This document shows, piece after piece, positions 42,136 through 52,285 of a DNA stretch of 64,000 bases. Both the position numbers and the translations under genes were made by a program. The notes under the pieces are model-generated. The model was not told the origin of the DNA and made no database searches. It saw only the letters and a list, made by a program, of their open reading frames with translations. This DNA comes from Candidatus Heimdallarchaeota archaeon. Its GTDB lineage: Archaea > Asgardarchaeota > Heimdallarchaeia > JABLTI01. Position 1 is the first letter of the stretch, and each line of letters opens with the position of its first letter. The DNA lies in assembly GCA_019056785.1 (NCBI GenBank), contig DXJV01000084.1:134492-198491 (forward strand). The letters are read 5' to 3'.

Positions 42136-44481
42136 ATGGCTACAATACCATTCCTGACTAAAATCGGTTTAAGTGAGGAAGAGCAGAAAGTTTATCTTGC
42201 ACTTCTTGCTCTTGGGCCTCTCTCAGCTGGGGAAATCGCCAAATATTCCGGTATCAAATCGATTTCGAAAGTCAAAACCATTTTAGAGGGGTTATTCAAT
42301 AGGAACTATGCCTATAATATTGAAGGCTTAGTAGATAAAGCAATCGGGCTTTATCCATATCGTGAGATTGCTGCGGAAGCTGAAAAAGATAGTAAGAAAA
42401 TTGACGAGTTGGTCAGTGAGCTCAACAAGTATATCCTCGAGACAATCAAGCATCTCGAGCAAGTAATGGCTGATAGTGAGCAATTCGTTCGCACCGAGAA
42501 AAAGAAAACCACAGAACAGATTTCTTCTACAAGCGCGTCAGCACGAAGTACTATTGACAATAGTACAACTGAAGCCACAAACTCTATTGCATCCTCAGCT
42601 GATAGTACAAAGAAAAAAATCACCTCGAGTGCAAATGCATTCTTAAAGCATCAGACAGAAACTGTCTCAACCTTTGAAACGGCAACCAATGAGAACCTCG
42701 ACAGCTTTGCCAGCGACCTTAAAACAAATGTCCAATCGTCCTTAGAAACATTAGCGACAGACATTGAAACAACAAATAACACATTTAAAGCTGATGGGTC
42801 GGCAGCCGTAGAAGCAGCGAGTATAGCAATCAATCAACAAACGGATAAAATGGCTGATGAGTTAAAAACAGACTCTCAACAAAAACTCGAGGGAACACGC
42901 GATCACGTTCTAAACGGTTTAGAGAGTTTTGTAAACGAATCCGAAGGGAATGTCAAAAGCTTTAATGAGGAATTGATTGCTGCAACTACTGCACAGGCAG
43001 AACATATCAAAGAAACAACTGAAGAAGCAAAGAAAAACCGGATTGACATGAATCAACAGTTCAAAGTGGGTCTTGCTGAGAGCTTTGAAAATGTCAAAAC
43101 TGATATCGCACAAGATTTAACGGCTTTTCAAAAGAAATTTATCGACAAGTTAACGAAAATTGCTGATAAATTCAAGAAGCAAATTGATGATCTTAAAGAT
43201 GCCACTGCCCAAGATGTTGCTCTTCTCATCGAAGAAGCCAATACAACAATTGCAGGGCTTACTTCTCGTCATAATGAAGAAATTGCTGCTAATGTTGATC
43301 TTGATAACAAAGCAATTGAGGATGGAACAAGCTCCATGCTTGCCAAGGTTGATGAATATAATGCAACCGCGAAAAAGGCTATAGCAGACACCACAGAAAC
43401 CCTCAAGTCAAGTCTTACCCTTCTAAAGGCAAACTATAGTGGCGACATTAATAGCCAAATAGATGAGACTATTAAATCCATGCAGGCCATTATTACAAGT
43501 TCTACAACGGAAACAAAAGAGACTTTCAACGCCACAAAAACTGAGTTAACAACAAAACTGGACACCTTGGTCACAGATGTTACAGCTAAAACACGAGAAA
43601 TCACAACAGATCAAACAGAGAGCATTAAGGGAACAACAGATTCCCTTGTCGGAACGATCAAACAAAAACTGGGTGAAACTAAGAGCACACTTCTTAGCGA
43701 GACGAAAAAGACCAAAGAAAAGATTGCGACAGATGCCACAAGCAGTGTAGAAAACATTAGTACCACAGCTACAAATACTATGACACAGATTTCCGACCAG
43801 GCAAAAACAAGCATCAAGAATAATGAAGAGACGACCATAAAGGCTGTTGACACTATAAGTAAGATTATTGAAGACACCATTCGGAAGGAGATTACCGCAA
43901 CAAAAGGCAGCCTTGATGACTATGGAAAACGTTTTGCTAAAGATGCAGCAGAGATCGCCAAATTGTTGCTTGAATTTAGAAGTCAGCATGAGGGTCTTCT
44001 TACGGCAGTATCGGATTATCCAAAACCACAAATTGAAACTGCCATTCTCTATAGTAAAGATGCCATTTTCAACCGCTTAGATGACATTCTCACAACACGC
44101 ATCAAATCTAATGTGACAATAGTCATTCCCGACCCCACTGACATTCCTACCAAAACCATTGCCAAAGTGAAGGCTCAAGCTAAAATTACCATCATCTCTA
44201 AGATCGACGAGGTTGCCCATAAAGGAATCATTGATGAGTTGCGAGCTTCAGATGCCTTGCAACGGATCAAGATTCGGAAGATTGCCTCCCAAGACTTGCA
44301 AGGATTCTCAGAATACATCGCCTTTGATATAGATGGTGGTGAAGAGATGCTGATTGCTTTCAAAGACGAAACAGAAAAAGATTGGATCGGCATCCTTTCA
44401 CGAGCAGTCGGTTTCAAGAATGTCGTCATAGGAGAAACCTTAGGCAGACAAGCTTTGTCAATTTCTCGAGAACTCAAATAA
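42136..44481 (+). CDS. TrmB-like wHTH + about 550-aa helical repeat region + TrmB-type C-terminal domain
   Basis: GLSEEEQKVYLALLALGPLSAGEIAKYSG; a T/A/S/K/E-rich amphipathic middle; C-terminal FDIDGGEEMLIA. Confidence 0.8.
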   Translation: MATIPFLTKIGLSEEEQKVYLALLALGPLSAGEIAKYSGIKSISKVKTILEGLFNRNYAYNIEGLVDKAIGLYPYREIAAEAEKDSKKIDELVSELNKYILETIKHLEQVMADSEQFVRTEKKKTTEQISSTSASARSTIDNSTTEATNSIASSADSTKKKITSSANAFLKHQTETVSTFETATNENLDSFASDLKTNVQSSLETLATDIETTNNTFKADGSAAVEAASIAINQQTDKMADELKTDSQQKLEGTRDHVLNGLESFVNESEGNVKSFNEELIAATTAQAEHIKETTEEAKKNRIDMNQQFKVGLAESFENVKTDIAQDLTAFQKKFIDKLTKIADKFKKQIDDLKDATAQDVALLIEEANTTIAGLTSRHNEEIAANVDLDNKAIEDGTSSMLAKVDEYNATAKKAIADTTETLKSSLTLLKANYSGDINSQIDETIKSMQAIITSSTTETKETFNATKTELTTKLDTLVTDVTAKTREITTDQTESIKGTTDSLVGTIKQKLGETKSTLLSETKKTKEKIATDATSSVENISTTATNTMTQISDQAKTSIKNNEETTIKAVDTISKIIEDTIRKEITATKGSLDDYGKRFAKDAAEIAKLLLEFRSQHEGLLTAVSDYPKPQIETAILYSKDAIFNRLDDILTTRIKSNVTIVIPDPTDIPTKTIAKVKAQAKITIISKIDEVAHKGIIDELRASDALQRIKIRKIASQDLQGFSEYIAFDIDGGEEMLIAFKDETEKDWIGILSRAVGFKNVVIGETLGRQALSISRELK

Positions 44482-44689
44482 TCATTCAACTGACCACTAT
44501 TTGGATCTCTCTGAGGTCCAAACCTCTTTCTCTTTTTTCCAAGTAAAAAAAAATCAACCTGTTTGTTTCTCAAAAATCGAACATTTAAACGAAAAATGAG
44601 TATAGATAAATAATTTTTTAAAAAAAACTTTTGTCTTTACTAGGTGCTGAGATGTCTTTTTTGTAAGACGAAAAGCAGAAGGAATTAGT

Positions 44690-45433
44690 ATGCCAAAAGG
44701 TGAACGAAGCCACAAAACATTTCTCTTTGGAAGTGATGTTGATTTTGATTCAAAACAATTAGCAGTTGTCCTAAAACTTGGCGTCTATGGCGCTATTAAT
44801 AATCCAATTGACATTACGAGTGGTGAACTTGGGAAATATCTAGGCGTTTCCCAGCAAACTGCTGCAAGATACCTTGTTGAACTCGAGAAGAACCATCTCA
44901 TTGAACGAACTCGCACTTCTCGCGGGCAAGCAGTGCAAATCACAAAAATTGGCAAAGAGCTTTTGGAAAATCTCAGTATTATGATCACCAAAGCACTCTA
45001 TTCTCAGACCCGCTCTGCAGTTATTTATGGTGAAATAGAAAGTGGGTTAGGTGAAGGCGCGTGGTATATCAGTCAGGAAGAATATTCCAAGCAATTTAAT
45101 GATGTGCTTGGGTTTATCCCGTTCCCCGGAACCTTGAATTTACGTGTCTTGAATTTAGATGATTTAAAGAAAATCGCGCAAGTGCGTCAATCAGAGCCCT
45201 ATATTATCCATGGTTTTACAAAGAAAGGGCGGCATTTTGGAGATGTCATGTGTTATAAGGCGCGCTTCTCTGACGGAACCATGGGAGCGATTATTATCCC
45301 TAGTAGAACCCATCATAACAAAGATATCCTCGAAGCCATTGCTCCTGTGAACTTACGAGAACGGTTAGCGGAAAATGCCAGCATGCCGCTAAAAGATGGA
45401 AGTAAAATTAAAGTGGAAATTTTCCTCCAATGA
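44690..45433 (+). CDS. ribK: CTP-dependent riboflavin kinase with N-terminal wHTH (RbkR type)
   Basis: SQQTAARYL HTH; kinase motifs SGLGEGAWY, PFPGTLN, PSRTHH and APVNLRE. Confidence 0.93.
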   Translation: MPKGERSHKTFLFGSDVDFDSKQLAVVLKLGVYGAINNPIDITSGELGKYLGVSQQTAARYLVELEKNHLIERTRTSRGQAVQITKIGKELLENLSIMITKALYSQTRSAVIYGEIESGLGEGAWYISQEEYSKQFNDVLGFIPFPGTLNLRVLNLDDLKKIAQVRQSEPYIIHGFTKKGRHFGDVMCYKARFSDGTMGAIIIPSRTHHNKDILEAIAPVNLRERLAENASMPLKDGSKIKVEIFLQ

Positions 45434-45473
45434 CTTCGTGAGGGCCTCTGCAGCGCTTTTTTTACTTCTCTTT

Positions 45474-45968
45474 CTAAAAAGCCTCTTCAATTACTTTCAA
45501 AAGTGTTATGAATAGCTGTCTTACGATCTCTGCTTTCATTGCTTCTCTCGGAAGATTGGGGTCTAATTTTAGTTCACGCGCATATGTTTCTCTTCCGGCA
45601 ACAGCAATTGCAATAAAAACCGTCCCTTTTAACTTTCCCTCAATGGCTTCGCCAATAACACCAGTAGTGGCAAGCCCTAAGTCCGCACCATATATAGCCA
45701 CTCCTTCCGCCATAAGTTTCGCACATTCCAATGATATTGCTCCGAAGTTCTGTAGGACGTAACTCGGAATACCGAGGAATTCTTCTTTAGCATCATTTGA
45801 ATAAGCAATCACACTGTACTGTAGTACTTCTGAGGCACCATCAAAATCGGTTATAAAGGATGATGCAAGTCCACCGGTGCAGCTTTCTGCTATGGAAATG
45901 GTTAACCCTCGTGATTGTAATTCCTCAAGAACCATTCCTGCCAGTTCATTTACTTCATTCGTTGCCAT
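45474..45968 (-). CDS. CinA C-terminal/PncC (NMN deamidase) family protein
   Basis: Motifs AESCTGG, YSNDAK, GAISLECAKLMAEG and ATTG. Confidence 0.9.
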   Translation of the reverse strand: MATNEVNELAGMVLEELQSRGLTISIAESCTGGLASSFITDFDGASEVLQYSVIAYSNDAKEEFLGIPSYVLQNFGAISLECAKLMAEGVAIYGADLGLATTGVIGEAIEGKLKGTVFIAIAVAGRETYARELKLDPNLPREAMKAEIVRQLFITLLKVIEEAF

Positions 45969-46245
45969 GATTGCATTCCCAGCTATCTTTACTATCGCAT
46001 GTACTTTACCAGTGCTTATAAAATAAACGTTTTCTAATCTCTAACCTCGAGTTGCCCTACTATTACTCTTGGCTTTCCCACCCTTGATTAATTAATTCTT
46101 CACATCTATTGTGTTCATTCTTTTCTTAGTTGTCCCCCCAAAGTAGCTGTTTTTCGCTAATTAAAAAGAAGAGAAAGTAAATATTTATATAGTATTTTAG
46201 ATTTTCTCTATATAAAAATTATTATCCTTTCACGAGGTTTCTACC

Positions 46246-46377
46246 ATGTCTATAAACAATAAAAAGGAAAACAAAGTAAGAGAGAAGAACAAACAATTAC
46301 CAATTAAGATGGGACCAGTATGTATGGTTGCAGCATTGGGTTTTGTCGCTCTTTTACTTTTAGCTATCTTCATATAA
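46246..46377 (+). CDS. 43-aa tail-anchored membrane protein (Sec61beta-like?), not in the ORF track
   Basis: MSINNKKENKVREKNKQLPIKMGPVCMVAALGFVALLLLAIFI; GAGG upstream. Confidence 0.6.
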   Translation: MSINNKKENKVREKNKQLPIKMGPVCMVAALGFVALLLLAIFI

Positions 46378-46544
46378 TAATCGAGTAAGAGAGAATATGA
46401 GAGAAATCCTTTTCTCTCTTTTCTCTTTTTACGCCACCCAGCCGTTTTTTTAATATCAGTGTAGACATGGCGTCTAGCTCGACTATAAATCAACGTAACT
46501 GCTTTTAAATTAAAATGGGGGGATGAAAATGAGGAGAGAGAATT

Positions 46545-46680
46545 TGGAGCACAGGGTGAGATTCGAATTCGTGCATGGAGAGAGTCCTTCCATGTCTCAC
46601 GTAAAGCGGATAACTGCTCGCCCTTTCTGCGATTTCAGGGCGTTCTGCAGTCCGCCGCCCAACCACTAGACTACCTGTGC
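46545..46680 (-). tRNA. tRNA-Cys(GCA) with two introns (37/38 and 53/54) and encoded CCA
   Basis: Acceptor stem GCACAGG/CCTGTGC, U73, CCA; anticodon stem GCGGA/TCCGC; T arm GTGAG-TTCGAAT-CTCAC. Introns are 46612-46644 (33 nt) and 46568-46595 (28 nt); the mature length is 75 nt. Confidence 0.92.
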
Positions 46681-46870
46681 TCGTTTTTCGTTATTATTTT
46701 ACTTTCAAAACCTCTTTTTAAAGATAATGGCAAATTTTGCTATTATTTATGTTTTTATCTCGAGGAAACAGAGCTGTCCTCTTGCGAGTAGTCGGCGATT
46801 TTTCTCGCTGCACAAATAATTTTATTTATTGAGAGGAATTACTTTTGAATTGTTCTGGAGTGAACAAACA

Positions 46871-47815
46871 TTGACAAAAAAAGCTTCCAAAGAAAAAAAG
46901 TTGAAGAAAGTCAAGCATGCCAACATTTGGAAAGATATGACCGTTAAAGAATTATTAATGGAATATCAGAAAGTAGGATTTAATGGCAAAGAGCTGGCCA
47001 AAGCACGTGAAGTTATGTTAGCAATGCTTGCTGACAAGAACTGTATCAAGTTTGCCACCGTTGCCGGTGCTTTGATTCCTGGTGGCTTGAAAAAAGTAAT
47101 TTACAGTTTGCTTGAGTACAACCTTGTTGATGCTTTAATTGTCACAGGCTCTATTCTCACCCATGATCTTATTGAGGCTTTTGGCGACGCTCATTTTCAT
47201 GCACCACTTAAAGTGCCAGATTATGAGCTGCAAAAGCAAGAACTCAACCGCATTTATAATGTCGTTGTCCCCACCAAAGGTTATCGTGATTTAGAGGATG
47301 GCTTGCAGACTATTTTCCCTGAATTGCCTCAAGAAACGATGAGTGCCTCACGCTTTATTTATGAGTTAGGGAAAAAGATGCCGGTTAATTGTCTTGCGAA
47401 AATGGCTGCAGAAAAAGGCGTTCCCATTTACTGTCCCTCTTTACCAGACAGTATTCTTGGCTTCCAGGTTTGGATGTTTTCGAATTTGCATCCCTTAAAA
47501 GTTAATCCCGCTCTAGACCAACAAGATCTCCTAGATTTCACTTGGAAAGGTGACAATGATGAGACAAAAGTTGGCGCGTTAATAATCGCGGGAGGAGTAC
47601 CAAAACACTTCTTGGCATTGGCTGCCCAAATCGCAGGCAAGTCTTTAGATTATGCGGTGCAAATAACGATGGACCGTCCCGAACATGGAGGTGTTAGTGG
47701 GGCATCTATTAGTGAAGCTATTTCATGGGGAAAAGTCGATGCTCATGCAAAGACTGCAAACATCATTGCGGATGCAACTATTGCTTTACCACTGCTAATA
47801 GCATCCCTATTATAA
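46871..47815 (+). CDS. dys: Deoxyhypusine synthase (start uncertain)
   Basis: Motifs GGGVPKH-like IAGGVPKH, GGVSGASISEAISWGKV (catalytic Lys) and ADATIALP. Confidence 0.93.
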   Translation: MTKKASKEKKLKKVKHANIWKDMTVKELLMEYQKVGFNGKELAKAREVMLAMLADKNCIKFATVAGALIPGGLKKVIYSLLEYNLVDALIVTGSILTHDLIEAFGDAHFHAPLKVPDYELQKQELNRIYNVVVPTKGYRDLEDGLQTIFPELPQETMSASRFIYELGKKMPVNCLAKMAAEKGVPIYCPSLPDSILGFQVWMFSNLHPLKVNPALDQQDLLDFTWKGDNDETKVGALIIAGGVPKHFLALAAQIAGKSLDYAVQITMDRPEHGGVSGASISEAISWGKVDAHAKTANIIADATIALPLLIASLL

Positions 47816-47879
47816 ACAACAAACGCTGTTTTATACTGGACTATTTACTGTAACTAGAACTAATACAATCAAGTTACTT

Positions 47880-48150
47880 AAAAACAATGATGGTATACAG
47901 TAATTAAATCACCCAACGTTGGCATCTACCACACCTTTGAAGGTTACAACCTCATTACTGGTTAATGACGTTTGTGTAATCAAGTCTTGCCTTTGTAGAT
48001 AGACATCTCTTGTGAAAGTTTTGGTACTTTCATTTCTACACCAAATTAAGTATTATCTGAGAAGAGCCCTTCATCAGGTATCGAGTAGCAAGTTTTTAAC
48101 AAACACATTAAGATGACCATTGTGGAGGGTTACAAAGATTGCATGAGTAT
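47880..48150 (-). pseudogene. Decayed copy of the 49315..50440 precursor gene
   Basis: 47898-47985 aligns with 49960-50046 (DLITQTSLTSNEVVTFKGVVDA vs ELIAQTSLTSSDVVTFKGVIDA). Confidence 0.75.
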
Positions 48151-48378
48151 TGAGATTAGCATTTGTAGAGCAAAGTGGTGGTCCTAAATCCTATTAGTTT
48201 ATTACTCGCATTGGTTTGGATTATATTAGTTGTTCTCCCTTTGCCTGTTGCACATGGAGTCTTCACCAGCAGACTTGCGAGTAAAAAAAAGGACTCATCT
48301 TAGTCTTATTTCCATTTTTTCTTTGGTATACCTTCCTTTAAGAGTAATTTTTCTTTTAAATTTCATTTATAGTTGCTA

Positions 48379-49227
48379 TCAATCCACTGTTGTAAAAGAC
48401 TCAATCTCAATGAAGTTCGTTCGTCTCTTATTTGCAAGTATACCATCAATTATGTAAAAGAGGTTGATGGTAACGAGTAATCCTAATTGCACTAAGAGAT
48501 ATAGAAAAGGTTGCGTCGAGAAGATAGAACCATCTAGAAAGTGGAAATTGGGATACGCATCAGGATAAATAAAGTTAAAGTAAGCATTATCCAAAAACAC
48601 TGTTAAAAGTCCCCAGATTAGTACATTTATAAAAAGGGCAATTAAAAACCTATAATCTATCTTAATGATCTTTTTATACTTATTAAATCCAATGACTTTG
48701 AAACAACGAGAATAATACCAATAAATACTGGTAAAGAGCACAACTACTTGAAGCACAATGATGAAGGCAAAGAGTATTCCTTCAAGAGGGGATGGGATAA
48801 ATCTTAGAGGGCTTGTACTGGGGTCTCCGGGGAAGCTGCTTTGTTCATACTCGTAAGGGAAACCGGAAAGATAGAAAAGTCCTAGAATTGCAGTAGAAAT
48901 GATAAGAAATAGTACCCCCTCAATTACTGAAAGTATTAATTTTCCTTGTAAATCCTTATTCCTGTAAGAGCGATCATGCCAATTATCATAGGTCTCCTTA
49001 TCTGAAACAATAAAATATGCCGTTGCCATGAATATTAAATAGAAAAAGGCTATTTTTAAAATATCGAGAAAAAAATAGAAAATATTGAATAACCCTGTTA
49101 CCATGGAAAACCCAAAAGCTAAAACAACACCAGCAATATAAAGGCCTATCCGCAATCCTATGAATCGTTTTTTCCAATAAGCACTTTGTTTAATTATGAG
49201 TCGTATTCTCTTTATTGAGCTTGTCAT
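48379..49227 (-). CDS. Multi-pass membrane protein (about 6 TM), candidate immunity protein
   Basis: Multiple F/I/L-rich segments; lies directly downstream of the putative toxin precursor. Confidence 0.7.
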   Translation of the reverse strand: MTSSIKRIRLIIKQSAYWKKRFIGLRIGLYIAGVVLAFGFSMVTGLFNIFYFFLDILKIAFFYLIFMATAYFIVSDKETYDNWHDRSYRNKDLQGKLILSVIEGVLFLIISTAILGLFYLSGFPYEYEQSSFPGDPSTSPLRFIPSPLEGILFAFIIVLQVVVLFTSIYWYYSRCFKVIGFNKYKKIIKIDYRFLIALFINVLIWGLLTVFLDNAYFNFIYPDAYPNFHFLDGSIFSTQPFLYLLVQLGLLVTINLFYIIDGILANKRRTNFIEIESFTTVD

Positions 49228-49314
49228 TATTCTACACTCTTTGCTTTTTTATCCATCATTTATATTTATTTTAACTTGTCACCATTTTTCTTTTTTAAAA
49301 AAGAAAGATGATGG

Positions 49315-50440
49315 TCACCCAACAACATAGTCGTTGTCTAGTAAACCCACCACAAAATTAGCAACATAAATACCTATCAAAGATATTGTGGTAGCAATTC
49401 TTAAGAAAGTAGCTGCACCACCTAAAGCAGCATCAGCTAAAAATTCCAAAAGAAGGATGAGAGCAGCAAAGGCTGTTAACACCCAAAAAGCAATTCTCTC
49501 CCATGCGGGGGCAGCAGTAAAAGCAGAAATAAAACATTCTAAGGCATCATGCAAAACACCAGAGATTTTCAATTAGTTCATCTATTGTCATTGCCCCGTC
49601 AGTATAGTAGGCAAAATTTAAGAGTAAGGACATCACTCCAACCACGAAGAATTCTGCTGCAGCAGCTTGTAAGAAACTAAATTGATTGTACGAGATATAG
49701 ATTGCTAATAAAATTTGCACTACTAAGACGAACAGCATTAAAAGATGGTAGGCTAATTCAATACCGCTCATTTTACACATAACATAACTTTGTAGGCTTC
49801 TAAGACCATTGTATGAAGGAGGTAAATCGATGCTACTTGCAGAACCTCCTCCTGGTTCAAACTCAAAAAGTGGCTCATAAGGCTCTTCTCCCTGATACAA
49901 GGAAAGGTAATGAGCAGATGCTTTTAGTAAAGGTTCATCTGAACCCGTTAGAAGCCATGCAGTGATTAAGCCACCCAATGTTGCATCTATCACACCTTTG
50001 AAGGTTACAACGTCACTACTGGTTAATGATGTTTGAGCGATCAATTCTCGAGAATAACAGGATAAAATAATGTCGATTGATGAAGACAAAACCACTTCAT
50101 TAGCAAATCTTCCCCAGGGAGTTAATTTATTTTTAATGGTTATTCCCCCCTTGTTTCCATGACCAATCCAGATCAAAGGTTGAACAGACCTATGAGCAAA
50201 AAGCCAGTATTTAAACGAGCCATATTCAAGAATAGTTAACTCAGGGATGTGCTCTTGCAATGCGTTACTTGCAGAGGTTATTGCTTTATCTTCTCTATCA
50301 AGATGAATTGCGAAAATCCCCGGCACAAAAGTTGAAAATGCTTGTACAAACGGAACAGTTATCATTAACATAACCATGGTAAGGACCAGCACTATTTTTG
50401 TGCCTTTGTATGTCAAAATTCTACCGAAATTGTTACCCAT
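49315..50440 (-). CDS. Secreted protein: signal peptide + His/Cys (clan CD-like) domain + hydrophobic C-terminal domain; frameshift near 49560
   Basis: LIWIGHG...IILSCYS and an EPGGGSASS linker. The reading frame shifts at ENLW/GVLHDA. Confidence 0.65.
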
Positions 50441-50817
50441 TTTTCCAACCCTCTATAATAAGAAAGTGATTAAAACAATTGAAGGTAGAATTTATTACTC
50501 TAACTAGTTTTTACCGTACTACTAGTGAAACTAAGGGTGTAAAATTATTTATTTCCCACAAGAATCGCCATTATTTTTTAATGTTGGTTTTTTCCCACAA
50601 TTGTTCTACTTTTACAATAGTCACACCCAGAGAGATGTTTAAAGGCACACATCAGCGTTCCTTTGTGCTTGTTCTGAAAGAAAAGATAAAATACTATAAC
50701 AACCATATATATATTATTGAGAAATTGAAGTAATGCCCAAATATTTATTATGGTTTAATATTTCGATTTAAGCCACGCAAAAATGTCAGATATAGCTATG
50801 TTTGAATATTGGAGGAA

Positions 50818-51465
50818 ATGATTTTTAGAATGTCTACCCTAGATACTGATTATAATCTTCTTGAATCAGTCGTAAGAGAAATTGGAGGGGACGAAGCTGT
50901 AAAAGTTGCGAGTTTGTTGGATCCCACAGAGGAAACCACAGATGAAGCAATTGCAGCAAGTGCAGATATGAAATTAAATGCTGTTCGCAAGGTACTTTAT
51001 CGGTTATATGATGCCCGCCTGGCAGAATTCCGGCGGATTCGCGATAAAAGCACAGGCTGGTTCATCTATTTTTGGCGGTTAAAACCCAACAGAGTTGAAG
51101 AATTAGTCATCAGCAGAAAAGCAACTGTTTATCGCAAATTAAAAACACGACTTGATTATGAGAAAAAATATCACTTCTTCAAATGTGACCAGGAATATTG
51201 CCCGAGGTATACTTTTGATGAAGCGATGGAGAACAACTTCCGGTGCCCAGAATGTGGTGGCGAGCTCCGAGCATTCGACAATTCAGAAATTATCAAACGC
51301 TTAAGTAAAAAGGTTAAAGAGTTGCGAAAATCGCTGGAAGAATCTGGAGTGGATGTAGACGCGCTGGATAATGGCGTTTTAGAAGACATCAATCAAATTA
51401 TTGCCTCCAGTAAAATGGCCGCAGCTGCAAATGGCTCTGGAAACGCAGATCAAAGCTCCAAATGA
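50818..51465 (+). CDS. tfe: Transcription factor E (TFE/TFIIE-alpha), start uncertain
   Basis: TDEAIA...VRKVLYRLY...RDKSTGWFIYFW and zinc ribbon FRCPECG. Confidence 0.96.
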   Translation: MIFRMSTLDTDYNLLESVVREIGGDEAVKVASLLDPTEETTDEAIAASADMKLNAVRKVLYRLYDARLAEFRRIRDKSTGWFIYFWRLKPNRVEELVISRKATVYRKLKTRLDYEKKYHFFKCDQEYCPRYTFDEAMENNFRCPECGGELRAFDNSEIIKRLSKKVKELRKSLEESGVDVDALDNGVLEDINQIIASSKMAAAANGSGNADQSSK

Positions 51466-51505
51466 GCAATAGCTACATCCTCTTTTCTGTCGGAGAATTA
51501 ACAAT

Positions 51506-52282
51506 ATGCAAAAACTGCTGCTTTTAACAAAAGTACACTCAACTGACCGGGGGAGTTTTAAAAGAATTCAGGCAGAGCTGGAAGATAGGCTCAAAGATTT
51601 AACTGTAATCATTCAAACGATTAATATCTATGATAATGGCTTTATTGCTTTAACACTCGAGGGAGAGGATGAGATTGCTGCAAAAAACTATCTGAGCAAA
51701 TTATATGGGAAGGCTATTCCTCTCGAGGAGCTCAAAGTAGGGGACACACTCAAAGGGTTTATTTGTTCAAGTGGAAAAGTAGGCTTTGGTCTCTTTGTTG
51801 ATATTGGCATAAAAGAACCCTACGCAGTGGATGCATTGATTCCTCTTTATGCCCTTCGTGAACAACTCGTCGAAGGGAGAAAATTCTCTACAAGACAATT
51901 GATTGAACTATTTGGTTTGGTAAATGATTACCCTCTGGAAATTACAATTCAAAAAGTAAGCATTGGTCTTAAAAAAATCGAAGCTCAGCTATCTGAGAAG
52001 CAAGTGGAATTATTCCGGAAATGGCAGGAAGAAGGCTTAGAACGACTCTTAATTATTGGCGAAAGAAGAGATAGAATAATCAATGCTTTGGAAAAAACAA
52101 ACCATCAGAAAGACATCATTGAAATTGAGCAACTGGGCTGGTCAGAATATGCACTCACATGTAAGTTCAATACAACTGCTAAAGGATTAATACCTGAAAT
52201 AGGCAAAATACTACCCCATGCTAAATTCGAAATTTTTTCGCCGGCAAAAATTAGGAAACAGCTAAAAGCGAAAAGTAGCTAA
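51506..52282 (+). CDS. DUF2110-like OB-fold protein
   Basis: Motifs GEDEIAAKNYL and GKVGFGLFVDIG; this family is commonly found next to tfe. Confidence 0.8.
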   Translation: MQKLLLLTKVHSTDRGSFKRIQAELEDRLKDLTVIIQTINIYDNGFIALTLEGEDEIAAKNYLSKLYGKAIPLEELKVGDTLKGFICSSGKVGFGLFVDIGIKEPYAVDALIPLYALREQLVEGRKFSTRQLIELFGLVNDYPLEITIQKVSIGLKKIEAQLSEKQVELFRKWQEEGLERLLIIGERRDRIINALEKTNHQKDIIEIEQLGWSEYALTCKFNTTAKGLIPEIGKILPHAKFEIFSPAKIRKQLKAKSS

Positions 52283-52285
52283 TGG

